Notes: generated by a model not told the origin, from the sequence alone. 64,000 nucleotides of DNA from Octopus vulgaris (GCA_951406725.2 OX597822.1:98704001-98768000), one strand, 5' to 3'. Counted from the first letter of the stretch, positions 28,114-42,457 are shown. Numbers and translations: made by a program.

Positions 28114-29371
28114 AAAACCGATAACTATATATTTCTTTACTACCCACAAGGGGCTAAACACAGAGAGGACAAACAAGGAGTGACAAACGGATTAAGTCGA
28201 TTACATCGACCCCAGTGCGTAACTAGTACTTAATTTATCGACCCCGAAAGGATGAAAGGCCAAGTCAACCTCGGCGGAATTTGAACTCAGAACGTAACGG
28301 CAGACGAAGTACGGCTACGCATTTCGCCCGGCATGCTAACGTTTCTGCCAGCTCGCCGCCTTAAAACCGATAACTATATATATTTCTTTACTACCCACAA
28401 GAGGCTAAACACAGAGGGGACAAACAAGGACAGACAAACAGAGTAAGTCGAATATATCGACCCAGTGCGTAACTGGTACTTAATTTATCGACCCCGAAAA
28501 GATGAAAAGCAAAGTCGACCTCGGCGGAATTTGAACTCAGAACGTAACGGCAGACGAAGTACGGCTACGCATTTCGCCCGGCGTGCTAACGTTTCTGCCA
28601 ACTCGCCGCCTTAAAACCGATAACTATATATATTTCTTTACTACCCACAAGAGGCTAAACACAGAGGGGACAAACAAGGACAGACAAACGGATTAAATCG
28701 ATTACATCGACCCCAGTGCGAAACTGGTACTTAATTTATCGACTCCGAAAGGATGAAAGGCAAAGTCAACCTCGGCAGAATTTGAACTCAGAACGTAACG
28801 GTAGACGAAGTACGGCTACGCATTTCGCCCGGCGTGCTAACGTTTCTGCCAGCTCAAGGCCTTAAAACCGATAACTATATATATTTCTTTACTACCCACA
28901 AGAGGCTAAACACAGAGGGGACAAACAAGGACAGACAAACGGATTAAGTCGATTACATCGACCCCAGTGCGTAACTAGTACTTAATTTATCGACCCCGAA
29001 AGGATGAAAGGCAAAGACGACCTCGGCGGAATTTGAACTCAGAACGTAACGGCAGACGAAGTACGGCTACGCATTTCGCCCGGCGTGCTAACGTTTCTGC
29101 CAACTCGCCGCCTTAAAACCTATTTCTTTACTACCCACAAGGGGCTAAACACAGAGGGGACAAACAACGACAGACAAACAGAGTAAGTCGATTATATCGA
29201 CCCCAGTGCGTAACTGGTACTTAATTTATCGACCCCGAAAGGATGAAAGGCAAAGTCAACCTCGGCGGAATTTGAACTCAGAACGTAACGGCAAACGAAA
29301 TACGGCTACGCATTTCGCCCGGCGTGCTAATGTTTCTCCCAGCTCGCCGCCTTAAAACCTATAACTATATA
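28114..29371 (-). repeat. Tandem array of five SINE-A copies (~250-bp period) separated by an 18-bp TSD-like spacer
   Basis: AAAACCGATAACTATATA at 28114, 28363, 28613, 28864; shortened at 29115; AAAACCTATAACTATATA at 29354; each intervening unit is a reverse-complement SINE A. Confidence 0.92.
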
Positions 29372-30045
29372 ATCCAGCCGAAATATCTCAGTTACGCAAA
29401 CGTAAACAGAATTACTATTTAGCCTTAAAATACATCGTACATATTCAGAGAACCTTCTTGGTTCACTGGAACGGAACGATTTTCACGCACTCTTTTTATG
29501 CTTATAGTTTTTTTCAGTCATTTGAAAATAACTATTGAAGCAAAACCTCGGCAGTTTAATGAATTGTGTTGTTGCTGTTGGTGTTGTTGTTGTTGTTGGG
29601 TGTTCAATGTGTTAGTGTTAGTGGTGGTAGTGGGAAGACTTGGATTTACGGGTGTTGCGTCGCTAGCAGAATCCTTTAGCTGAATTTCCTTGCTCTTTTC
29701 CTCTTCTTTCTCGCGTGTCTTTTCTTTTTTTTCTTTCTGTTGCTCAGCGTTGCACGTGCTAGGAAGACTTTGGTCGCCCCTCTCTCTCTTACTAGGCGTG
29801 GAGTGGGCGGGGACAATTAATCTTTAAACACTTTTGGCTGTCTTCCAACAGCAGAGCAGGGGAAGTAAAAAGAAAGAAAGTGTTGACACACTTCTCCAAG
29901 GACGTTTTGACTGTGTGTGTCTTTGTGTGTTTGCCGCCCACCATCGCTTGAGAACCGGTATTGGTTTATTTAATCCCCGTAATTTAGCAGTTTGGAAAAA
30001 GAGACTGATAGAATTATCATGCTTAAAATTAAATAAATACTCATG

Positions 30046-30460
30046 TAGGCGCAGGAGTGGCTGTGTAGTAAGTAGCTTGTTTACCAACCACATGGTTCCG
30101 GGTTCAGTCCCACTGCGTGGCACCTTGGGCAAGTGTCTTCTACTATAGCCTCGGGCCGACCAAAGCCTTGTGAGTGGATTTGGTAGATGGAAACTGAAAG
30201 AAGCCCGTCGTATGTATGTATATATATATATATATATTTGAATGTGTGTGTTTGTGTGTCTGTGTTTGTCCCCCTAGCATTGCTTGACAACTGATGCTGG
30301 TGTGTTTATGTCCCCGTTACTTAGTGGTTCGGCAAAAGAGACCGATAGAATAAGTACTGGGCTTACAAAAGAATAAGTCCCGGGGTCGAGTTGCTCGATT
30401 AAAGGCGGTGCTCCAGCATGGCTGCAGTCAAATGACTGAAACTAATAAAAGAGTAAAGAG
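30046..30460 (+). mobile_element. tRNA-derived SINE (family B), with older partial copies on either side
   Basis: Full consensus AGGCGCAGGAGTGGCTGTGTAGTAAG...AAAAGAGTAAAGAG; degenerate pieces at ~29910-30040 and ~30465-30545. Confidence 0.85.
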
Positions 30461-33400
30461 TATGTTGTTTCATTCGACTAAATATTCTCCGGGGCGGTAC
30501 GCCTGCATGGTTCCATTCTAATAACTGAAACAAGTGAAAAAAAGGAATAGCTACATATATCAGACATTTCTTCGATTCCAAAAAAGAAAATTAACTTTTG
30601 GCATTCATACCATTATGTAGAAAATTCTTTGAATAAGGAAACATGAAAATCTAATGAAGAAGTTATTCTATTACGGCACATTATATAACTATTTGAAAAG
30701 ATTCATTATGTAACGTATAACCTAAGGTGTTATTGTTTATCATGTAATATTGAAACTCTATGACATATTCTAAACTAAATTTCAGAAAATCTCCGGATGC
30801 TAGTAAGAATATCGTTAACAAATCTGAAACAATGACATGCTATATTGCAGATATTTAATTATTTGCTAAGTTTAATTTGCTGATGTGAATTACCCATTAT
30901 ATATTAATTGACGAATCTGATACAATGACACGCAGTGTTGTAGACATTAAATTATTTGGTAAATTTAGTTTGCTTGTGTTCAGCGCTATTACAGACTTGA
31001 CTGAATCAGGTCCACGATAGTAATACCTACGCTGTTTCTATTGTATTTATGTCTTTGTTCGTTCTGTTCATTCACCACTGTTACATTGTCAATCGGGAGA
31101 ATAAAGGCAATGCCTATGACCTTTCCAAGCACTTTCTCACTGATGAAGTTGATTCAGCTGGTGAATAACTTTTACATGTGCAGTCAATGTTTATAACAAC
31201 GCGAACAAGGAGAGAACCTGCCACTTATGCGTGCTTTCAACATTAGAAATTTTGCTAAATGCAGCCACGGGCGAGGTTGTGGTGTTAAACCGTTCGTTGA
31301 AAATTGGTAGGACTAAATTGACAGGTATTTTCACTACCTGTCTCTCTTACTCTATCACTCATTTTCTCAGTATTTATATTCTTATAGTCTGTGTATATTC
31401 TAGTCCAGCTTAAACGTCAAATATATAATCGGTTTACCGTACTTCTGCTACGCTGTTTAAAGGTCATTTAAGTTTTCTGCACACATCTGCTTGCTAAACT
31501 AGATTATAACTTATATTGGAAGACTTATAAAGTCTAATCTAGAAAATCGATTACTAATTATTCATTCGGCTTCATAACCTGCTCTTCTTCAGTATTTTCA
31601 GATGCTTCTTTCAATTTATATTCTCAGCAGACGAAGCCAACGAATAATTTCTCTAGCAAATAAATTGTTCGTAACCAACTGTTAATATTTTTGGCGAACA
31701 ACTGTGAATATTAATTCTAAATGAAATGGCATACTTAGTGATTAGTATTTTAGTTGTCCTTGTGTAGGATCTTAAATTGGTAGAGCTCTGGTTTCTTTAA
31801 ACCACACTTCGAAAGGTTTGCTATGTGCACCCTCTACTGTATAATTCAATAGCTGCCCTCGGGGATAAGTTTAATGGTCTGATGATATCCATTTTAAAGT
31901 TTAGACCGTAGGCTAATTATTTCAAACACAAATAGTAGTGCAGCGTCAGTGAAGAGGGATAAACAGAAGACCTTTGAAGAACAACTTAACGTTAACACAT
32001 GACAAAGTCGCTTCAGCAGAGATAATTATTTGTGTTATCTATTCTGTACTTTTATTCATATCTAGTCGAGATCAACCTTACTTCATTTCACGTTCGATAA
32101 AGGATGTTTCCAAGATGATGGGTTGATCAGATTGTTAGAGCGTTAGACGATATGCTTTGCGGTATTTTTTCGACTCTTTTCATTCTGAGCTATTGAGTGA
32201 TATACTTAAACTGTGCCCCGTTTAACACCACCACACGGTCCTTGGTAATCATCTTCTTTACTAAAGATTACTCTATTTCAAGCATTCGGTCCAGGTGTCC
32301 AGTTTGAAGTTAAATTGCACCAGCATCCTAATATCAGTTTTGGTATTCCTTATAAAATATAGGGCCATAGGTCCTGCTCTTCCCTTACTGGCTAAACGCT
32401 TTTAAAAATACATAATCATTCGAATAACTTCGGTTTTCATAAAATTATACAACATATGGTAATGTGTAATAAAGTATAAGGGTTTACGTTTTTGTATTAT
32501 ATTCAGTGAAACGTATGTCATCACGCTAAGATGGAACTGAGCCACTATATACCACTTGCATAATACCACTATAAATTTGCATGTGATATGCTTGTGTGAT
32601 ATTCCTATAAAGTTATATATAAGATCCCTATAAGACATCACTATACATCTGTATCTGACATCCCTATATAACTTTCCTATAAGACGATATATGACATCAG
32701 TAATATATCTGTTCACTATCAATACATTCTGGCAGGTTCAAATGCGAATCGCTGATTATTATTGCTTTTCGTAATAGGAGAATATCTTTCTTTGACAAAG
32801 TGTGTTCATAACACTTGATACAATGTTGAAAGGGGATTTTGAAATATCGCGGTGTTTCGACCTTAGTGTTTGTTACTTCAGTCAAAGCTACCTCCACGAA
32901 CTGATGAATCCGTTAATAGTACAACAGTACAATTTGAAACGGTGAGCACATCGGTCAGCCGGCAGAATCATTAACACGTTGAACAAAATGCTGAGCAGCA
33001 TTTCTTCTGGTTCTGTACATTCGGTGTTTAAATTCCGCTGATGACTACTATGTCTTTCATCCTTCTGAAGTCGATAAAATAAGTACCAGCTGAGCTCTGA
33101 GCTACACGTAAAGGATCTCTTTTAGAGGTAAGAAAAAACATTATGGACGACCGAGATTAAAGTAACCCCTACTTGAAAAGATAAATATTCAAAGCTATAT
33201 CGACGGTGACCATCCCGTCGTTTACTGACTCATCATTCAATGCGTTTTCCCCTTTCTTTAAGACGATAAAGTATGATTTGAGAGAAGTGTGATTAGTATT
33301 CCTAGCAAGGCGAATGTTCACAAAATGTTCCTTCGAGATTATAAGTCACGCAAGTCACTAAAACGATCGCGGGAAATTGGTATACGCTATGAAAACAAAA

Positions 33401-33784
33401 ATTACTTTACACAATATTTTTTTTTATCTGTTTATTTTACAGATACATTAATAGATACATTAAAAACGAAATGCAGCCTGATCGTTTTTGCTAATTCTTC
33501 CTCAATGTTTTAGCTATTTTTAAAACCTATCTTGATTTGCCATTATCTCACGTGCAATGCGTTATATTTCATGCCGTTGGGGGATATTTCTGTTTTGTCT
33601 GCTAGTTTTGCTATCTCGCTTTTAACAATCTACACATGAATCTTAATCGTTTTCGGGAAAATAATAATTTAAACTGAGAAAGTAGTAAATTGTTTAGACA
33701 GTATAAATAGTAAATCGCGTCGCTCACTAGAAGCACAAAGGCGCTTACACAATTGACTTGATCATGTTCTTTATTGTTTACGGT

Positions 33785-33847
33785 TCTTCTTCTTCTTCTT
33801 CTTCTTCTTCTTCTTCTTCTTCTTCTTCTTCTTCTTCTTCTTCTTCT
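33785..33847. repeat. (CTT)n microsatellite
   Basis: About 21 CTT units; gives the poly-Arg ORF at 33611-34000. Confidence 0.95.
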
Positions 33848-34377
33848 CCACGATTTACCATTTGTATCCAGCGCGGGTGAATCTGGAATGGAATCGTCTT
33901 GGAAGTAAGGCCTCGTGTTCAAAGATTTCAGATTTCTAGATATACCTGTTGTAATCAACAGTAAGACCGGTATCTCCGAGGTACGAGCATCCGCATCCAT
34001 CTTCGGCTGTTATGAGTTGTACGTATTACAAAATCAGTCAGGATCGGGCGGTGGATATGATTTTATTACGGGAAGTTCTACATCTCGACATACCTGTATC
34101 CGTCAATGGCTCAGCCGTGTGGGTGAGCGAATACCAGATATCTCCAGGCATATAGTTGGAGGATAAAACGTTATCTTTGCTGCACGCTGCGACTATGTGA
34201 GTCTAGACAATAGGAGAGGAAATTGCAATAGTTCGGATACCTGATCTGAGGTTCCCAACTGTGTGACACAGTTATTCATTGGATTTCCCTAATGAGTCTA
34301 TGTAGACATGAACAAACCGCAACGAGTCTTCCAGATCGCATCTTGCGAAAATAATTTTGAAGGTTAGTAGATAAGTA

Positions 34378-34897
34378 AAGGTAAAGTTACCTTCTTCAGT
34401 TATGTCGACTCATAAGGGCTGGTTTCCCGGTTTCTATAGCGTATAAATTCCCCACCTTTACAGGACACCGGTTCGTCGCAAGATTATTCATTTTTGCCAG
34501 CTGTGTGGACTGGAGCAACGGGAAATGAAATCTTTGACTCAAAAACACAACGCATCACCCAGTCTTAGAATCAAAACCACAATCTTACGATAATGAGTCC
34601 AACACCCTATCCATTAAACCACGCGCCTCCACTAAAAAGGTGAAGTTACCTTCTCGAGTCATACCGACCCATAAGGGCCGGCTTTTTGCTTCGTTTTCCA
34701 TAGTGTATATATTGCCTACCGTGACGGGACACCGGTCCGTCGCAGGATTCCTCATTTTTGTCATCTGAATGGACTGGAACAACGTGAAATGAAGTGTTTT
34801 GCTCAAGAACACTACGCGTCGCCCAGTCCAAAAATCGAAACCACAATCTTACAATCGATGAGTCTAACACCCTAAACACTAAGCTACGCACCTTCAC
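34378..34897 (-). mobile_element. Two head-to-tail decayed SINE-D-like copies
   Basis: Units ~34378-34632 and ~34637-34897 both begin AAGTTACCTTCT..AGT.AT..CGAC.CATAAGGGC and end with a tRNA-like head on the minus strand. Confidence 0.75.
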
Positions 34898-35316
34898 GTT
34901 AGTAGATTGGTATAGCAAAGATGGTCTACAATTCAAATTACACGATTACATAGTAACAAATTTCTTATCTATAATGTCAACATATATATGCTTCGTATGA
35001 AAGAGCTCGGTTACAAAAGCTTAAAAAACCGGATTAACGAATTTTTAAAGCAGCTGCTGATGAGAAAGGTGTCAATTGTCAATACACGGAAATGTTACTG
35101 TAATGATAGGCAAGAAGAAGAAAAGAAAAGATATAAGAAATGAGAAATTAGGTTGTTTCTGTTAGGTCATTATTGTTGTAACTGTATAGGCTTTTCAAAT
35201 ACGTTTCAAATAATGTAACTGTAGACTAATTGGTTCCATTTGAAAATCCGGTATAAAACTTTAAGAATTTCTTTATGGCTTCAGGATAAAGATGCTACTG
35301 ATGTTGCTGCTTCTGC

Positions 35317-35364
<48 letters not shown>

Positions 35365-35367
35365 TAA

Positions 35368-35720
35368 AGGCGGCGAGCTGGCAGAAACTTTAACTTGCCA
35401 GGCGAAATGCTAAGCGGTATTTCGTCTGCCGTTACGTTCTGAGTTCAAATTCCGCCGAGGTCGACTTTGCCTTTCATCCTTTCGGGGTTGATTAAATAAG
35501 TACCAGTTACGCACTGGGGGGGGGATCGATATAATCGACATAATCCGTTTGTGTGTTCTTGTTTGTCCTCTCTATGTTTAGCCCCTTGTGGGTAATAAAG
35601 AAATAGGTATTTCGTCTGTCTTTACGTTCTATGTTCAAATTCCGCCGAGGTCGTCTTTGCCTGCCATCCTTTCAGGGTCGATGAATTAAGTACCTGTTTC
35701 GTACTGGGGTTGATCTAAAT
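35368..35720 (+). mobile_element. SINE family A plus partial tandem duplication of its core
   Basis: Full copy 35368-35605 followed by GGTATTTCGTCTG...GTACTGGGG repeat. Confidence 0.85.
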
Positions 35721-35986
35721 TTCAGGCCTCTGCCTAGAGAAGAAAAGAGTAATCATAATGATAATCCTTTCTACCGTAGGCACAAGGCCTGTAGGGGAGG
35801 GATTTGTGTTGACTACATCGAGCTCAGTGCATAACTGGTACTTATTTAATCGATCTCGGAAGGATGAAAGTAAAGCTCGGCAGAATTTGAATTCAGGGCG
35901 TAGCGACAGACGAAATATTGCAAATCATTTCGCCCGGTGTTGTAACAATTCTGCCAGCTCACCGCTTTAATAACAATAATGATGAC

Positions 35987-36038
<52 letters not shown>

Positions 36039-36039
36039 C

Positions 36040-36330
36040 TGAAACCTATTCCAGGTTTACCATCCCTACAGGAAGTGCAAAAAATCGTATTAACTGGAAC
36101 CGCTCATGCACTGAGAAGAGCACTATCGCTGTGAAAATAACATCCATCCATGAATTTATTTATTTATTAATTTTTAAATACATATTTTATATGTGAATTT
36201 GCGCGTGTAATAATCTGGGAATGCATACAATGCCCTTCTCTGCCCTAGGTGTATGGAAAACACTCGGCGAGAAATGGAAGAAAATTTGAAGAAAGAAGGA
36301 AGAAACATAATAATAATAATAATAATGATA

Positions 36331-36367
<37 letters not shown>

Positions 36368-36510
36368 CGATAAAATGCCCTGGTGCAGTACCAAGCAGTG
36401 GCCTTCATGGCTTTGGGTCTTAACTGATTGGAAGTGTTATCATGTACATTGTTTTGTCTTGGTATAAAAGATGGGCTACAGCAAATATTCTGCTCAATAC
36501 CATGGATTTG
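36040..36510 (+). mobile_element. R4/Dong-like 3' fragment, (TAA/TGA)n, then 5' end of a family E element
   Basis: 36040-36305 matches ~25640-25915; 36373-36510 (AAATGCCCTGGTGCAGTACC...GATGGGCTACAGC) matches the reverse complement of ~49665-49803. Confidence 0.75.
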
Positions 36511-36569
36511 CTTTTCTGTTCCTTAACATTAATCTTAACTTAAAATGTTGCCGCCTTAGCGCATTTCTG

Positions 36570-38040
36570 CGCATCCTCATCCATGGCATAATCTGACCTA
36601 GATTAAGCAAGTATTTATAACAAATGATGCATCTAGCCTGTGGAATGCGTCCTTTCCACTGAAAGTATAAGAGCTTAAAAGGGAGCTTACTCTCGACCCA
36701 TTTGTGATCAATCTCAATATTGATCACCTTGCTTGTCCCCTTTTTGCAGTTCGTCTCCACTTGGATACCAGCTTCAAACCAGACCCCAAGTGGTTTAATT
36801 GATCCACCTATCCTACTCCAGATGACACTCATTGAGAAGATAGACCTATAAGAGCCAGTTACAATCCAACTGACTTTTCTTCAAATATTTTTGTTCAAGT
36901 TACCACTTTCTAGTCCCTTTGAGTTGTACTTATCGTCGCTGTGTCCTGGTGTCCGGTATTATGACGTGATGCCGTCTGCGTATACCGCCCTGGTTCACGC
37001 AGGAAGACCCTCAACGTTTGTACTTTCTGCAAAAATGAGTGTGAGGCAATACATAAAGAAGAGACGAGAGGGGACAACCTTGATGAGTTGAGCACATGAG
37101 AGTTGACAATTTACCCTAACCGTCGAGCAGATTTCGCTAAACAATGCAGCAATCCGAATGCGAAGGACTGGACTGAATCCGATGCTTATGATTACAGCTT
37201 CGATGTACTAATTTTCGATCATATCGAAAGCTTTTGACTGATTTCAGTTGATTAGATACCGCTCTAACCATGTTCTCTATCCACTATTTACAATGTATTG
37301 CATGAAGTAGAGGGTTTCATTGGTGCGCAAACATGCACATCACCAATTAGACTATCTCCGACAAGCACCAATTTCATTGCTAACAGCTAAGATTTCGGAA
37401 TCTGCTTTAACAGAATTATGGTCTGAAAAAATATCTATTTGGTCTCCTGTTTGGAGCCTTTCTTCGCAGTACTAACACCCCTTGACACACAGATTGTTCC
37501 GTTCTTCTGTCAGCTGCAGTAGAGATGGTATATAAAAGTAATCCTCTTAGGGTAGACTATAGAAACCAGGTGATCTTCATCCGTGCAAAGGATATTTCTG
37601 TTTGTTTTCTTTCTATAATAATTTACCATTTTCGCGACCTTTATTGCCTTTTCGTAGCATACCACCGATTTTGCCGAGAGTCTTGTCAAGCCCGTCGAAT
37701 TAGGCTCTAAAATTCATCCTGCATTCCCACGGCCTCATTCCTTCTGAACTGTCGATCGTCTTCCTATTGATAATCCGTACACTTCTGCTTGTGGTCCAGT
37801 AGCATATTCTCGTCAGATAATAAATTGTAGCTTTGTTTCCACATTGTGCCTCTACCAGACACTTATTCGCCATTGTGCAGCACATCAAATACTACTATTT
37901 GTGTCCAAGAAGGTCATTCCGATACAACACAGTAGTTCTACACTCGATTCAAGTCGCCTTGGAGATAAATCGATCTTTTTCCCAACGTAGTAGGCGACTC
38001 TACTTTTTATGTTATCTTAGACTACGTGTATTCAGCCTAC
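36570..38040 (-). mobile_element. Very decayed L1/Tx1-like LINE
   Basis: Minus-strand fragments IDL/DRIY-like, GLTRLSAK (cf. GLPRLSARE in 19815-21700), SIKPLGVWF...QVETN; boundaries approximate. Confidence 0.4.
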
Positions 38041-38619
38041 CTATTCTAGGACGGTGCATGTTTGATGGGAGAGGGGGAGAGTGAGAGAGGGAGAAAGAAA
38101 GAGAGAGAAACTGTTACCTTATGATACCTTATTTCTGCAGAGGGCAGGCCTTCCGTAACTTCTGACCGTACGTAGCTGTTTCAACTAAAAGTTTTCCTGT
38201 AGTATCTATTATTTAAAGTCGCTATGAAATTTCCTACTAAATATTTTTTTTAATATTCGTGCTTGGCGATATTTGGATGTTTATTATGAGATGAAATGCT
38301 ACTCGTGAATGCGATATGGGCAGAACGATTTCGTTGTTTTGTTCCACCTCACAAGTGTCTCCACGACATCCGTACGATTTTAGGATGATATTGATATAGC
38401 TTTGTGTTTTTAAGTTCAGTGTATCTGTACGGAATACTATCCCTAATTGAATACCGCAGCTAATTTGCCTTTCACGATGTATCTAAATTGTGTATGATAT
38501 ATAGATGGCTTTTTAAAATCTAATACTTTTAAATCTAATACTGTGGCTTATGTGTGTACATATGTGTGTGTGTGTTTATATATGCATGTATATATGTATA
38601 TATGATATATACGCATATA

Positions 38620-40990
38620 TCCTAATTCCCAAATCCACTGAAACGGCTAACCCACAAAATGACAGACCGATAACTTGTATCCCTAAAATTTGGAAAGCCT
38701 ACACTGCAATAATATTGCAGACAATGAGCATACATCTAGAAGAAAACAACCTGTTTCCAGAAGTGCAGAAGGGGCTGTAAAGATCAGTTAATGATCAATA
38801 AAGCCATAGCTGAAGAAGCCGCAGAAAGGGCCTAAGTATAGCCTGGATCGATTATCGAAAGGCATTTGATAGTGTTCCCCACAAGGCGGCGAGCTGGCAG
38901 AATCGTTAGCACGCCGGGCGAAATGCTTATCGGTATTTCGTCTGCCGTTACGTTCTGAGTTCAAATTCCGCCGAGGTCGACTTTGCCTTTCATCCTTTCG
39001 GGGTCGATTAAATAAGTACCAGTTACGTACTGGGGTCGATATAATCGACTTAATCTGTTTGTCTGTCATTGTTTGTCCTCTCTGTGTTGAGCCCCTTGTG
39101 GGTAGTAAAGAAAGAGATAGTGTTCCCCACACATGGATCCTAGAAATACTAGCCACAAACAAGGCAGCACCAATAATCATAAAATACATAAAACATTTTA
39201 TGAATAAATGGCAGATACTGCTACATCTCCAGACAAAAAGAGACATAAAAACCAAAGCCACTCCCATTAGAAGAGGAATATTCCAGGATAACCCATTCTC
39301 CCCGTTACCTTTCTGCTTGGCACTGACACCTGTCATCTCTTGTATACGGATTATCTAAAACTATACGCTACAAATGATAAACAGCTGGAAATATTACTAC
39401 AGGCAATACATGGATTTACCAAAGAAATGAGCATGAAATTTGGCTTAGAAAAATGTGTCAAAACAACCTTGAAAAGAAGAAAACTAATTAAGAGTAGCAA
39501 CATCAAATTAGATAAAGCAAATGAAATAAGAGAACTAGACCAAAGCTAGACATACAAACACTTAGGAATAAATGAACTAGATACGATACAACACACAAAT
39601 GAAAGAGAAGATAAGAAAAGGATATTATAGACGAGTTAGATTAATACTTAAAACAGAGCTCAATGCGAAAAGCAAGATAATGGGTAACAACACTCTAGCC
39701 ATCCCAAATATAATTTATAGTTACAATATTCTTAACTGGACACGAAATGAACTAATCAAAATAGACAGGAAAATAAGAAAAGTAATGACAGGATTTAGGA
39801 TGCCCCACCCAAAATCTGCCGTCGAATGATTATATATATACAACTTATCGAAGGTGGTAGAAGCCTTATACAGCTGGGAAGCTATTACAAAATAGCTACC
39901 ATACGACTACAGACATACCTACTTCAAAGCAGGGGAAAAATAATACAAATAGCCACAAAACACGAACAAAGCAAAAAATACTATCTCCGTCTTTAAGGAA
40001 ACTGACAAATACAAAAAAGAAGTCATAGTGCCTAACAACTATGAAGAAAATGCAGAAACGACAAAAGTTGTAAAACAACAGAAATCGAAACTGAACCTGA
40101 AACATTAACGGATCATCATAAAACGATGGCAAGAAAAGCCCCTTCGTGGCAAATACCGGGTTAAACTAAACGCAAAGGAAATAGAAAAAGCAAAATCTCA
40201 ACAATGGCTGGGAAGCTCAAGACTCAAAGCAGAGACTAAAAGATTTTTAATTGCTGCACATGACCAAAGTCTTCCCACCAGAAATTACCAAAATACGCAA
40301 TGAAAAGAAACACAAGTAACTGCAGAATATGTGGAGATGGACGAGAAACAATAAACCATATTGTCTCTGGCTTCCCAGTCTTGGCTAAGGAGGAATGCAT
40401 TCACAAACACGACAGTGTTGGGACCTATATCAACTGGAAGCTATGCCAACACTATGGAGTAACAAGAGAAAAAAGATGGTATAGGCATACGCCAGAAAAG
40501 GTTACAGAAAACGAGAAAGCATTCATACTATGGGATATGCTAATGCACATAGATAGAGAATTAAGGCCAATAGGCCGGATATAGTTATCAGAGATAAACC
40601 AAGAAAAAGAATGCTTTCTAATCGATGTATCAGTACCAAAAGATGACAATGTTTCTCTAAAAGAAACGGAGCAACTTTCAAAATACAAAGACCTGTAAAT
40701 ATAGGTAACTCGAATGTGGAATCTAAAAGCAGAAACAATTCCTATCATAGTAGGCACATTAGATATGATAAAAAAATATTCAGAAAAATACATAACAAAA
40801 ACACCAGGACAACAAGTATATAAAAGATAAAGAAAATAGCACTACTGGGCACCGCACACATCCTACGTAAAGCACTTTCAATAAAGTAAAAAAGTAAAAA
40901 TAAGATCATAACGAACCACATACCCAAGGCACACAGAGCTGCGCTCAGTAACGCAGTGAAAGCACGGGGGAAAAATAAGACTGCTGAATA
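38620..40990 (+). mobile_element. Decayed R4/Dong-like LINE (RT + CCHC + REL) interrupted by a SINE
   Basis: RPITC, QKG, WIDYRKAFDSVPH, RRGIFQDNPFSPL, YTDYLKLYA (YxDD-derived), CRICGDGRETINH, REL motifs; same 3' UTR as 47841 followed by (AAT)n. Confidence 0.9.
38884..39115 (+). mobile_element. SINE family A inserted in the LINE RT with a perfect 16-bp TSD
   Basis: GATAGTGTTCCCCACA at 38868-38883 and 39116-39131. Confidence 0.93.
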
Positions 40991-41001
40991 ATAATAATAC
41001 A

Positions 41002-41055
<54 letters not shown>

Positions 41056-41057
41056 TA

Positions 41058-41089
<32 letters not shown>

Positions 41090-41369
41090 TTTATTTTTAT
41101 TATTATTATTATTATCATTATTATTTACAAATATCTATACGCCCTAAAATATAATTTTAGTCGGACATATATTTTATTTTGGGGGAAAATATTTTTATAC
41201 TCGTTATTCTGAAAATGAGTTAATTTTATGTTCTTTTAACATATAATGAAGTCGTTGGCAATGCCTCGCAGTAGAGAATATTCTTAAAACATAAATTTTT
41301 AGAAAATCATTTTATTCTCCTTCAAATGACGAGTCCCACATTAAAATTCATCAACCTAAGATCAAACTT

Positions 41370-41454
<85 letters not shown>

Positions 41455-42396
41455 GTTTTACGTATTAAGTTCTATATTAATGTATGCAGATATGTAGTTA
41501 TGTGTGCACCTGTGTATTTTTGATGTTTGATTTATTTTTAACAGCAATTCATGAACACAAACACTAGAAAAAAAGCCTGTTAGAAAAAGGTTAAATTTTT
41601 CTTCTATGAAGAAACTATAAATATGCAATATTTTCGTATTTTATTTTCAATTTCATTTCTTTTTATATATTTTATTGTTGTATTTTGTGGGATTTAAATG
41701 CGACAAGAAATGAAATCATTTCTTATATACTTCCATTAGCTATTCGAAATGAGATCACTGTGCTGCTGCAAAATAAAAGTAGAATAAAAAATAAAATACT
41801 TCTGTTTCCCTTTAAGTTTTATGTAAATCATTTAAGTGCGTCTGGCTTACAACAAAATTTTGAATAACTCTTCTCGCTAATTTAAACAATTACTGGCAAT
41901 ATTCGTTGTAATATTTCAATGAATGTGATTTTATTTTCCGCACAGCAGACTACCGTAATGATTAGTCTCCTGTTTTAACTTAATGGCTCTTGAAGTGAGC
42001 GCTGTATAGCTGTATAAAGTTTCCCGTTAGCACACTATGTACATGATGTTCGTTTAAAAATGGATTCCGTTCTGCCTACATCCCATCATGTCCCAGAAAT
42101 TTCTAGGTATCTTCTAAGGTGGAAGGGGAAGTCGATTACATCGACTCCAGTGTTCGAATGGTATTTACTTTATCGACTCCGGGGCGATGAAAGGCAAAGT
42201 CGACTTCGGTGGAATTTGAACTCAGAAATTATGAACGGAAGAAATGACGCTAAGTATTTCATCCAGCGTAAAAATGATTCTGCTAGCTTGAGATTATATG
42301 TAATAAATAACAGTTTGACTCAGCTCTGCATCTCACAGAGTTTCGTACCTATGGAACATGCCTCATATGCTCGAAACTAATGTATGTGTATATGTT

Positions 42397-42457
<61 letters not shown>

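Noticed and set aside
28114-29371. CRISPR-like short repeat with regular spacing
   Set aside because: The 'spacers' are near-identical SINE copies, there are no cas genes, and the context is eukaryotic.
29740-29830. GC-box/E-box promoter-like patch (CACGTG, GGGCGGGG)
   Set aside because: Short motifs expected by chance; no linked transcript evidence.
31450-31900. Possible pogo/Tigger or other DNA transposase relic (also a Cys-rich relic near 3750-4000)
   Set aside because: Only vague motif resemblance; needs a profile search.
33611-34350. Poly-Arg protein, or an RTE-like LINE 3' end with a (GAA)n tail
   Set aside because: The poly-Arg comes from (CTT)n, and LINE motifs are too degraded to support a call.
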